IMG/VR virus record: IMGVR_UViG_3300010998_001248
DNA length: 20,000 nt
Direction: 5' to 3' (one strand)
From: an uncultured virus (IMG/VR IMGVR_UViG_3300010998_001248)
Taxonomy: Duplodnaviria; Heunggongvirae; Uroviricota; Caudoviricetes
The notes below the pieces were generated by a model. It did not search any database. It was not told the origin of the DNA and was given only the letters and a program-made list of their open reading frames with translations. Each line of letters starts with the position of its first letter. Positions within the stretch are counted from its first letter, which is position 1. A program made the translations under genes and the position numbers. Below are positions 1-7,209 of this stretch, piece by piece.

Positions 1-132
1 CCGGCTTATCATTTTGTGGTAAATGGTTATGGATTTAATAAACAATTAGAATTAAAAACCATGCTGCAAAAGATTAATAAAAATATTAAAGTTTATAATT
101 TTGTTCCTGGCTATGCAATTCATGAAATATAA
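1..132 (+). CDS. 3' end of a hypothetical phage protein (truncated by the window)
   Basis: Frame 1 is open from base 1 (PAYHFVVNGYGFNKQLELK...YAIHEI) to TAA at 130-132, immediately followed by the RBS of the next gene. Confidence 0.7.
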   Translation, partial: PAYHFVVNGYGFNKQLELKTMLQKINKNIKVYNFVPGYAIHEI

Positions 133-148
133 GGGAGGATTATAAAAA

Positions 149-493
149 ATGACTAAAGCAAAAGTTACTAATAAATGGTTAAAAGCAAATTTCAATATTA
201 TCAAAATTTGTTATTGTGATTTACAGCACTTGTTAGATTATTTTAAACCAATGTATTATACATGTGGTATTTATGGCTGGAATTGTGACGTTTATGTAAT
301 TGATTATAATAATGTAATTTGTACAGGATATAGAACACCAGAAGGAAATATTAAATTCAATTATAGTATTGTAAGAAAGTATGAAGAAGAAGCTATGAAG
401 CTATACTACAATAATAATATGGATTATCAGGAAAAGAAAAGACAAGCGGAAAAATTATTAAATGATTTTATCAGTGAAGTAAAGGGAGAATAA
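149..493 (+). CDS. Hypothetical phage protein, 114 aa (YCDLQHLL...YTCGIYGWNCDVY motif)
   Basis: Strong RBS AAGGGAGG upstream of ATG 149; AT-rich codon usage like its neighbours. Confidence 0.85.
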   Translation: MTKAKVTNKWLKANFNIIKICYCDLQHLLDYFKPMYYTCGIYGWNCDVYVIDYNNVICTGYRTPEGNIKFNYSIVRKYEEEAMKLYYNNNMDYQEKKRQAEKLLNDFISEVKGE

Positions 494-571
494 TAAAATG
501 AAAGATATTTTTGAATCAAGAGTGTATATATATAAAGTCGAATGGTTAAAAAATTCGATTAATGGAAATGC

Positions 572-626
572 TGTTGGCGGCGGGCAGAACAACCACTCAA
601 AGGGCGGCGAAAAACGACCAATTTTG
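572..626 (+). repeat. IS21 terminal inverted repeat, istB end
   Basis: TGTTGGCGGCGG..AACCACT.AAA.GGCGGC...ACCAATTTTG aligns with the reverse complement of 2902-2955. Confidence 0.9.
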
Positions 627-682
627 GGTAAACTAAGAAACCAACAACTCAGTTTACTCAATTTATTTTCAAATAGATTCGC

Positions 683-1495
683 TTAACGTGGCGAATTTTG
701 TGCAGACACAGGTGCATTCACCTTGGTAGTCTGTACGGAAATCGTTTCGCAGTTACTGCCACGGAAGCTGTTTCCTTTTATGGTAATTACCGTTGCAGTA
801 TCAAAAATTCTGTCCAACGCACATAACAGTGCGTCGTCTTCACTGAAGTCACTTCGCCATTCAGATGGGTACTTGTTGCTGGTAAATACAATATTGAAAC
901 TGCCTTCTTTGTTATATCGGCGATCGACCAGATCAAAGAACAGTCTCGTGTTCTCCTTATCGAATGCACAATGGCCGACTTCGTCAATTATCAAACACGA
1001 AGGTCGTACCAGGCTGTTCAGTACAGCGGCAGTTTTACCGGCGCGTCTGGCTGCTGTAAATCTGTCCCTCAGCTCAGACATCTTAATGAAATAGGTCCTA
1101 AGGCCATGGTTGCAGCATTCATAGCCAAACGCTTTGGCCAGATGGGTTTTCCCTGTACCTGCCGGACCAATAAACGCTATATTCTTGTGGGCATAAACCG
1201 CAGATAAAGTCTGCAGGTTGCGAATCTGGTCCACATTTTTTCCCCGAAGCAGCGAGAAGTCAAAATTCTGAAATGTCTTCGGATTTTTAATAGATAACCG
1301 ACTGAACCGCAGCAAAGCCAAAATTGTATTAGCAGCTTTCTTCTGTTGGATATGTTCTAAGATGAAAGCTACTGCCTGGGCTGCGTCTTCGGACATTGCT
1401 TTTTCTTCCGCCAATTCCGCAAACTCTTTCGAAGAAAACGGCAATTGTAATACTCTGCAGCTTTCTTCAATTGTTTCGAATATGGTTTTATTCAT
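683..1495 (-). CDS. istB: IS21 helper AAA+ ATPase IstB
   Basis: Walker A GPAGTGKT, Walker B LIIDEVG, FTSN, ALDRI and G.SFR motifs. The likely start is MNKTIF at 1495, overlapping the istA stop, rather than 1531. Confidence 0.93.
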   Translation of the reverse strand: MNKTIFETIEESCRVLQLPFSSKEFAELAEEKAMSEDAAQAVAFILEHIQQKKAANTILALLRFSRLSIKNPKTFQNFDFSLLRGKNVDQIRNLQTLSAVYAHKNIAFIGPAGTGKTHLAKAFGYECCNHGLRTYFIKMSELRDRFTAARRAGKTAAVLNSLVRPSCLIIDEVGHCAFDKENTRLFFDLVDRRYNKEGSFNIVFTSNKYPSEWRSDFSEDDALLCALDRIFDTATVITIKGNSFRGSNCETISVQTTKVNAPVSAQNSPR

Positions 1496-2798
1496 CCTGC
1501 TCACCGCCTTTATCGAAATTGAATTTTTCAAAGGACAGGTTGGACACAGGAGATGGAAGCTTGCGAATTTCTGTATGAATCACCGCAGTGGGAAATTCTT
1601 CCGGTTGTTCCGGATTTGCATATTGGTCTTTGCAGTGCCGGTCCTGCTTGCTCCATGTTACCGTATGTGTCACCAATAAACTGCAAGCATCTGCAGAATA
1701 GATATACAGCTGTGTATCTTCGCGCCGTACCCGGACGAGGGAACCGGTATAGCGGTAAGGTACGCCAAAACGGCGTCCCTCGTAATTTACGAAACCGTCA
1801 AAAGAAATCTTCCGTAACGGACAGAGATAGCGAAAAATATCCTGCGTTTCCAAAAAGGAGGCGGCACGTTTGCTGCAATCGGTCTCGTGCACCTGTTGCG
1901 GCACACAATCAGTAGCCCGGTGGTACACTGCGTTCTGTCTGTTACACCAATCCAATGCGCTTTGGTTTAGATCGGTAATGTCCAGAAAGGAACGGCCAAC
2001 CAGAAAATTTCCCTTTACAAAACGTACCAGTCGTTCGACTTTTCCTTTGGTAAAAGGATGCCTGGGTTTGCATAACTTCGTCTGGAAGCCAATGGTTTTC
2101 ATGAAGTCTTCGTAATCTTTCTGCCATATTGGCTGTCCTTCAAAATCCCGTTTTATCACAACACTTTTCATGTTGTCTGTCAGGATATATTGGGGAATTC
2201 CCATATAACGGAACGCATGGATCATTCCTATAAATAGGTTTTCCTGTTTGGCATTGGGGAAGAATTCAATGTAGCATTGCCCACAGTGGTGGCAGATCAT
2301 GGCAAAACAGGCACATTTTATGGTTACGCCATAGTCCGTTGTAACATAAACGAAGCCCCAGTCCATCTGGTATGCTTCACCGGGTGAAGTATGGTAGCGT
2401 CGCCCGCGGTTTCCCTGCGGAGCAATCTGCTTCCGTTTTGCCGGAATAAGGTGTTTATGCTGACGGATATAACATTTTACGGTTGTGTGTCCGCCGGTAT
2501 AGCCGAGTTGTTTTAACCGTTCAAAGCAGATAACCGTGTTGCTAACGCCCGAAGAAAGAAGATGATCTAACACGGAAGTGTAATCATCCAGAATAGACTT
2601 TCTCTTCCTGAAATTGTGTTCTGGTGAAAGAAGATTTTTCTTCCATCGCCTGAGACGACCTCGCGAAATACCGGTCATGCGTTGTAATGCAGCAAGGTTC
2701 ACCATTTCAATATGAAAAGATTCACCCTGCTCCTCTTTCATTTTTTGCAGTGCTTGTGATACAATAGTATCCAAGCCATTACCTAATAATTCTTTCAT
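1488..2798 (-). CDS. istA: IS21 DDE transposase IstA
   Basis: PGEAYQMDWG, LTDNMKS and KGKVER DDE motifs; N-terminal HTH; C-terminal beta domain; RBS AAGGAGG. Confidence 0.95.
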   Translation of the reverse strand: MKELLGNGLDTIVSQALQKMKEEQGESFHIEMVNLAALQRMTGISRGRLRRWKKNLLSPEHNFRKRKSILDDYTSVLDHLLSSGVSNTVICFERLKQLGYTGGHTTVKCYIRQHKHLIPAKRKQIAPQGNRGRRYHTSPGEAYQMDWGFVYVTTDYGVTIKCACFAMICHHCGQCYIEFFPNAKQENLFIGMIHAFRYMGIPQYILTDNMKSVVIKRDFEGQPIWQKDYEDFMKTIGFQTKLCKPRHPFTKGKVERLVRFVKGNFLVGRSFLDITDLNQSALDWCNRQNAVYHRATDCVPQQVHETDCSKRAASFLETQDIFRYLCPLRKISFDGFVNYEGRRFGVPYRYTGSLVRVRREDTQLYIYSADACSLLVTHTVTWSKQDRHCKDQYANPEQPEEFPTAVIHTEIRKLPSPVSNLSFEKFNFDKGGEQDE

Positions 2799-2892
2799 AG
2801 TCCTCCTTCACTGAGTTGTTGGTCACATACAGTGTATAGGATTTGAAAGAAAAATGTAATGGCTTTTTATTTCGCCTAAATTTGGCTCGCTG

Positions 2893-2955
2893 ATTCCGCC
2901 GCAAAATTGGTTCTTATTGCCGCCGTTTCAGTGGTTAAAATTTCCGCCGCTAACA
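2893..2955 (-). repeat. IS21 terminal inverted repeat, istA end (three GCGGC-containing repeats)
   Basis: Reverse complement reads TGTTAGCGGCGGAAATTTTAACCACTGAAACGGCGGCAATAAGAACCAATTTTGCGGCGG. Confidence 0.9.
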
Positions 2956-3148
2956 AAATGCACAATACCAGGTATTTTTTAGAGAAAAATCCGGATCTAT
3001 GGTTAATAAAGGTAAAACAAAAATGAATAGCAGCAATGCCGGATTATTTAGAAATTTTGAGGGAGATTTTGCAACAATAAAATATATTTATGATAAAAAT
3101 TATAATATCGTGTTATTAGATATTGAAGCATAAAAGGGAGCGAACAAC

Positions 3149-3256
3149 ATGAAAATATATTCTGTTATTATGGGAAGCTTAATTACATTTATTAACAGTA
3201 ATTTCTTTTATGGTTTAATTTGTGGTTATTGTCTATATATAATTTTATGGAGCTAA
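3149..3256 (+). CDS. Small hydrophobic protein, 35 aa (MKIYSVIMGSLITFINSNFFYGLICGYCLYIILWS); not in the ORF track
   Basis: RBS AAGGGAG 8 nt upstream of ATG; fills the gap between neighbouring genes exactly; stop abuts the next RBS. Confidence 0.65.
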   Translation: MKIYSVIMGSLITFINSNFFYGLICGYCLYIILWS

Positions 3257-3270
3257 GGGAGGTTTATAAA

Positions 3271-3543
3271 ATGGAATTTATCAAACTAAATAAAAAACCT
3301 TTAAAAGTTAGCACACAATCAAACGGAAAAGATTATTTTAGATTTAAGAATAAAAAATATTATTTAGATACTTTTTTAAGAGTACATAATAATGCATGGT
3401 TTAATGATGAAAATTATCCAGATTTTATACATGGAATAAGAAATGATTATTATAATTCCTATTGTTTTACTAATTTATGTATAGAGATTATCGAAGGCTA
3501 TGAAATTTATGTTAACGTTTATGAATTAAAAAAGGAACAATAA
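3271..3543 (+). CDS. Hypothetical phage protein, 90 aa
   Basis: RBS block AAGGGAGGTTTATAAA precedes ATG 3271 (MEFIKLNKK...), a better start than 3220. Confidence 0.8.
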   Translation: MEFIKLNKKPLKVSTQSNGKDYFRFKNKKYYLDTFLRVHNNAWFNDENYPDFIHGIRNDYYNSYCFTNLCIEIIEGYEIYVNVYELKKEQ

Positions 3544-3544
3544 A

Positions 3545-3601
3545 ATGATATTTACTATAATTATCGGCATTATATTATATTTAGCTTTTTGCGACTATTG
3601 A
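3545..3601 (+). CDS. Putative 18-aa membrane micropeptide (MIFTIIIGIILYLAFCDY)
   Basis: ATG 1 nt after the upstream stop, AAGGA upstream, almost entirely hydrophobic, TGA runs into the next RBS. Confidence 0.45.
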   Translation: MIFTIIIGIILYLAFCDY

Positions 3602-3615
3602 AGGGAGTTTATAAA

Positions 3616-4146
3616 ATGACTACTTATGAAGCAATTAAAAATTTAAAGTCTTATGAAACAAAAATGAAATATAAAAGAATGAATACAAAAGAGCTATATA
3701 AACATATTAGCACGTTTACAATTTATCAAATTATGGAATTAATTGATTTATTATCTATGTTTAGCGAATTAGATGATGAAAATCCAATAAGAGTATTTGA
3801 CATTTCAGAATTAGAAGATTATTTAGAAGTCAATTATTTTGATGAAGAGGAAAGCCAGGAAGTTTTAGAGGAATCGAAACAAGATAATTATAACTACTTT
3901 TCTTTTGACTATTCGAACGGATTTACATTTTATAAGGATGAAAAAGATTATGCAAAAACGCTGCTTTCATATTTACCGGAAGTTATGGAAACATTAAAAG
4001 ATAATATTGATTTAATTGAAGTGACTGATTTATTACAAACTTATGAAGATGAATTAAATTATAAAAATTATATAACGTTCGGTTCTGCCTGGAAAAAGTA
4101 CTGCAATTATAAACCATTTAGAGTTTATATGCAGGAGATAAAATAA
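3616..4146 (+). CDS. Acidic hypothetical phage protein, 176 aa
   Basis: RBS block AAGGGAGTTTATAAA precedes ATG 3616; D/E-rich central part. Confidence 0.8.
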   Translation: MTTYEAIKNLKSYETKMKYKRMNTKELYKHISTFTIYQIMELIDLLSMFSELDDENPIRVFDISELEDYLEVNYFDEEESQEVLEESKQDNYNYFSFDYSNGFTFYKDEKDYAKTLLSYLPEVMETLKDNIDLIEVTDLLQTYEDELNYKNYITFGSAWKKYCNYKPFRVYMQEIK

Positions 4147-4160
4147 AACTAAATAATATA

Positions 4161-4189
4161 AAAGCCTGGAATTTATCCAGGCTTTTTTT
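4161..4189 (+). terminator. Rho-independent terminator ending the + strand small-gene array
   Basis: AAAGCCTGGA-attta-TCCAGGCTTT stem-loop followed by a T run, 14 nt after the stop at 4146. Confidence 0.9.
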
Positions 4190-4611
4190 ATTGCTGCTTT
4201 TCTTTTCTGGCAGTATGATCCGAAACTGTATAAATTTTTCGTACAATTAGAAAAAATACCGATCTTGTAAAATAGCTTGTAAGGCGTTCAGATATATCTG
4301 TTAATGGTTTTATATGCCTTGTCTTTTTTGCGTTCGTGTATGACGTTCTATAAATTGCTTATGACAGCGATATATAATTTATATTAAAAAATGACAGTAT
4401 AGCTAATATAATAGCCTTTAAACGTCATAAAATCGTTTTTGAGCTATTATATTGGCTATTCTCTATTGTGTTTATGTTGGCTATTTTACTATGTTTTAGT
4501 AGTTTGCAGAATGCAAGCAGCTTAATAAATCACTTTTCCTATTTGTTTACTATGTTTTCAATCTATATTATTCATACTAATTTACTATACTATACTTTTC
4601 AGGTTTACATT

Positions 4612-4703
4612 TCCTATTATTTCTATATGAATAATATATTATACTTTTTGGTTGAAATCCTATTATTTCTATAGGAATACGGTATTATACTTTTTAGTTG
4701 AAA
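4612..4703. repeat. Tandem 46-bp direct repeat (2 copies, 41/46 identical)
   Basis: TCCTATTATTTCTATA(T/G)GAATA(ATA/CGG)TATTATACTTTTT(G/A)GTTGAAA at 4612-4657 and 4658-4703. Confidence 0.85.
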
Positions 4704-4793
4704 CTACCTTCCTGGCAATTTAGCATATAAGCAAATTTTAAAATTGCTGGAAGGTAGAAATTTTAGCATATAAGGACTTTTTAAAATTGCTGG
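4704..4793. repeat. Overlapping inverted repeat (4704-4757) and 32-bp direct repeat (4719-4750 / 4762-4793)
   Basis: Inverted arms CTACCTTCC..GCAATTT / AAATTGC.GGAAGGTAG; TTTAGCATATAAG-N4-TTTTAAAATTGCTGG twice (29/32 identical). Confidence 0.85.
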
Positions 4794-4796
4794 TGG

Positions 4797-5345
4797 TTAG
4801 CGGCAAAGATTTTTGAGATCAACGTTTGCGTCAATCTGATTCCTGAATTTGTCATAAGCTCCTGGAATAGATTTTAACGTACTCACCAAGATACGGATGA
4901 TTTCTTTCATGTTCTGGAATGTTCCAATATTCGACTGGTATTTTGCAATATCGTTCAAAAGGTTTTGTTTCCTTGAGATTAGCTTCTCCTGTAATGCTAC
5001 CATATCTTGATATGGTTCATCAAGTCTTAATTCAGCTTTGTTTTTAGTTTTTTCTGTTTCAGTTAAAGCTTCTTGCAAAGTATCAAGTCTTGAATCAATC
5101 GTATCAATCAGTTTTTTCATTTCGTCATAAGGGTCTACTTCATCACCAGATGTTTCTTTTACAGGAAGTAATTCAGAATTTTGTTTTCTGAGATACCTGT
5201 GTACAGTCATTTGAGAGATAGGCTCTTCACCTTCCGGTAAGAATTTCTCATTGATAATCTTTGCGATTCTTGCATAACTGTACTGCTGCCTTAATTCGTT
5301 TACCTTTGCTGCAAGTCCTAATTCGTCAATACGTGTATTTGACAT
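4797..5345 (-). CDS. HTH plus coiled-coil DNA-binding protein, possibly a terminase small subunit
   Basis: N-terminal HTH (SYARIAKIIN...ISQMTVHRYL) followed by long amphipathic helices, reminiscent of Mu gp27/DUF3486-like TerS. RBS AGGAG. Function is inferred. Confidence 0.55.
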   Translation of the reverse strand: MSNTRIDELGLAAKVNELRQQYSYARIAKIINEKFLPEGEEPISQMTVHRYLRKQNSELLPVKETSGDEVDPYDEMKKLIDTIDSRLDTLQEALTETEKTKNKAELRLDEPYQDMVALQEKLISRKQNLLNDIAKYQSNIGTFQNMKEIIRILVSTLKSIPGAYDKFRNQIDANVDLKNLCR

Positions 5346-5361
5346 ACTATCACTCCTATCT

Positions 5362-5560
5362 GAATTTCATTTTTGATTTTTCTTTCTCTGAGAGATTTCT
5401 CTATTCTGTTTTTGTTTTTGATTTTTGATTTTTGAAAAACAAATTGATTTTGGTTTTGGTTCACATACCACCATAATAAATTGATTTTGGTTTTGATTTT
5501 CTTACCTTCAGAATAAAATAGGTTATGGTTTTGAGTTTCATTTTTGATTTTTAACTTTCA
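5362..5560. repeat. Strand-biased (TTTTGA/TTTTGG)n repeat block
   Basis: Many TTTTG(A/G) units; exact repeats AAATTGATTTTGGTTTTG (5441-5458, 5478-5495) and TTTCATTTTTGATTTTT (5365-5381, 5536-5552). Confidence 0.85.
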
Positions 5561-5575
5561 TAAACAATTTATTTC

Positions 5576-5604
5576 TTGACATATCCTATAAGAGTATATA
5601 TAAT
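5576..5604 (+). promoter_or_regulatory. Consensus sigma70/sigmaA promoter for the recombinase
   Basis: TTGACA (5576-5581), 17-nt spacer, TATAAT (5599-5604); RBS GGAGGT at 5631-5636. Confidence 0.9.
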
Positions 5605-5642
5605 AATATACAAGAAGAAATAAAAGAAATGGAGGTCTAATC

Positions 5643-6452
5643 ATGGATGAATTTTTGAGAAAGATTAAGATTACAAAACCTGAGAACACTTATAAGACTT
5701 ATCGGAATGCTTTATTAGCTTTCTTTCCAGATGGTAAGCTCAATTTAGATTTTGATTTTTTACTTTGTGCTATTGAATCATGGAAGGTAAGTACCAATAC
5801 CAAGGTTTTGAGATGTGCTATCCTAAAAACATTTTTGAATTATTACAGGAGATCACATAATATTAAAAGGTATGATGATATTCTTGATTTACTTTCTATC
5901 CAAAGAGAAGAAAAGATTCCGGAATGCGTTACATTAGAACAGTTCCAGGTTATTATTCATCAGAAAATGTCATTGAGATTAAAAACGATTTTAACTCTAA
6001 TGTATGAAAACGGCATGAGGTCTGACGAAATACTCAATCTTCAGCTTATGGATTATAATTCTGAAGAGAATACAATCATTATTACAAATCCTAAGAACCA
6101 TGTAGACAGGATTATTTATTTAACCGATTTAGCTTCTCAGCTTATCTCAGATTTAATCCATACTTCTAAAGTCAATTCCGACTTCATTTTTCATACCGAC
6201 ACGGGGAATAGAATTGCGAATAGGAATTTACGAAAAGAGGTTAAGAATATATGTACCAAAGCAGGATTCCCTGAGTTACATGGTCATTCTTTCCGTCATG
6301 GTTCTGCTAAGTTCCTTCTGGATCATAATGTAAATCTTGCTAAAATCCAATCACATTTAGGTCATTCAAGTATTACCACAACCCAAAGATATTTAAAGAT
6401 TGACAGAAAAGCAAAAGAAGAAATCAAAAACCTGTTTAATGTTATCGCTTAA
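5643..6452 (+). CDS. Tyrosine recombinase (XerC/D-like, no arm-binding domain), 269 aa
   Basis: Catalytic set present: GMRSDE (R), NPKN (K), HSFRH (HxxR), LGH, TTQRY (Y). Confidence 0.93.
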   Translation: MDEFLRKIKITKPENTYKTYRNALLAFFPDGKLNLDFDFLLCAIESWKVSTNTKVLRCAILKTFLNYYRRSHNIKRYDDILDLLSIQREEKIPECVTLEQFQVIIHQKMSLRLKTILTLMYENGMRSDEILNLQLMDYNSEENTIIITNPKNHVDRIIYLTDLASQLISDLIHTSKVNSDFIFHTDTGNRIANRNLRKEVKNICTKAGFPELHGHSFRHGSAKFLLDHNVNLAKIQSHLGHSSITTTQRYLKIDRKAKEEIKNLFNVIA

Positions 6453-6463
6453 TTTAGTTATAG

Positions 6464-6493
6464 AAAAGAGGACTGAGAAAGTCCTCTTTTTTT
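6464..6493. terminator. Bidirectional terminator between the convergent recombinase and the replication operon
   Basis: AAAAGAGGACT-gagaa-AGTCCTCTTTT with A and T tails on both sides. Confidence 0.9.
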
Positions 6494-7208
6494 ATGCCAT
6501 AATCGAATCTGCATCATAAGTATTGAAACCATCAGAAATAATATTTAATTTTTCTAAATCGCAATCTTTTAAATACCAACAATGTTTAGGCTTTCCAGTT
6601 CGTTCTCCTTTAACTAACATTGTTTTACCAAGATCGCCATTATGGAGAAAGCTATAAGATGTATCAAATTCAACTAAATAAAAAATATCTGACACTCCTT
6701 TAGAGATATTAATGATAGTTCCATAATGATTGTATAAACCATATCTAAGTGCTGAACATTTAACTCTATCTCCAATATTGAACTTGTATTTTTCTTTTTT
6801 GATACGTTTTAAATTAGTGCCGCTAACAAAATAGCAATCTTTGTTATTGTTTCTGCCATGACTCCATCCATTATGAAAATCATCAAAACGTACTGCAACT
6901 AAGATACCAGTTAAATATAAAACTGTTCCTCTATATCTTTTATGTGCATCAAACACTCCTGCATGTATTCCACCTCCGTAACGCTCAAAATTAGCATTAA
7001 CCAATTCTACTCTATCGCCAGTTTTGAATTTAGGTGTATAGATAGTAAACAGGTTCTCCATGACTTCATATTTTTTATCAGGAAAATCATTAAACGATAC
7101 TTTGACACAATTAGCTATAGTTTCAATAACAATTGCGATAGAGCCACGCTTAATATCGCCAAAATCTTTTTTTAATACTACAACATCTCCTGATTTAAAT
7201 TTACTCAT
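6492..7208 (-). CDS. Hypothetical protein with three tandem SH3/KOW-like repeats, 238 aa
   Basis: KFKSGDVV, KFKTGDRV and KFNIGDRV starts, each followed by G.V/I and V.F(D/N). Start MSKFK at 7208 behind RBS GGAGG. Confidence 0.75.
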   Translation of the reverse strand: MSKFKSGDVVVLKKDFGDIKRGSIAIVIETIANCVKVSFNDFPDKKYEVMENLFTIYTPKFKTGDRVELVNANFERYGGGIHAGVFDAHKRYRGTVLYLTGILVAVRFDDFHNGWSHGRNNNKDCYFVSGTNLKRIKKEKYKFNIGDRVKCSALRYGLYNHYGTIINISKGVSDIFYLVEFDTSYSFLHNGDLGKTMLVKGERTGKPKHCWYLKDCDLEKLNIISDGFNTYDADSIMA

Positions 7209-7209
7209 G

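Larger units (their letters stand above)
572..2955 (-). mobile_element. Complete IS21-family insertion sequence (2384 bp)
   Basis: TG...CA ends; imperfect terminal inverted repeats TGTTGGCGGCGG / TGTTAGCGGCGG with internal repeated blocks; AAATGC direct repeat at 566-571 and 2956-2961; istA-istB pair; clearly higher GC than the flanks. Confidence 0.96.
498..3133 (+). pseudogene. 81-aa hypothetical phage gene interrupted by IS21 (pieces 498-571 and 2962-3133)
   Basis: Removing 572-2961 (IS plus one TSD copy) gives an uninterrupted 246-nt ORF: MKDIFESRVYIYKVEWLKNSINGNAQYQVFFREKSGSMVNKGKTKMNSSNAGLFRNFEGDFATIKYIYDKNYNIVLLDIEA*. RBS AAAGGGAG at 481-488. Confidence 0.9.

Noticed and set aside
498..686. 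62-aa ORF in the track
   Set aside because: Chimera of the first 24-25 codons of the disrupted gene and IS end sequence.
723..2127. Several + strand and alternative-frame ORFs within the IS
   Set aside because: Shadows of istA/istB, with no RBS or recognisable motifs.
4468..4674. 68-aa hydrophobic ORF
   Set aside because: GTG start without an RBS, downstream of the terminator; its composition is explained by the T-rich CTAT repeat array.
4612..4793. CRISPR array or canonical dif site
   Set aside because: Only two copies of each repeat, with no repeat-spacer periodicity; no convincing match to the Firmicutes dif XerD arm TTATGTAAACT.
131..6452. Integron (recombinase plus cassette array)
   Set aside because: No attC-like palindromes between the tightly packed genes, and the recombinase shows no IntI-specific insertion.
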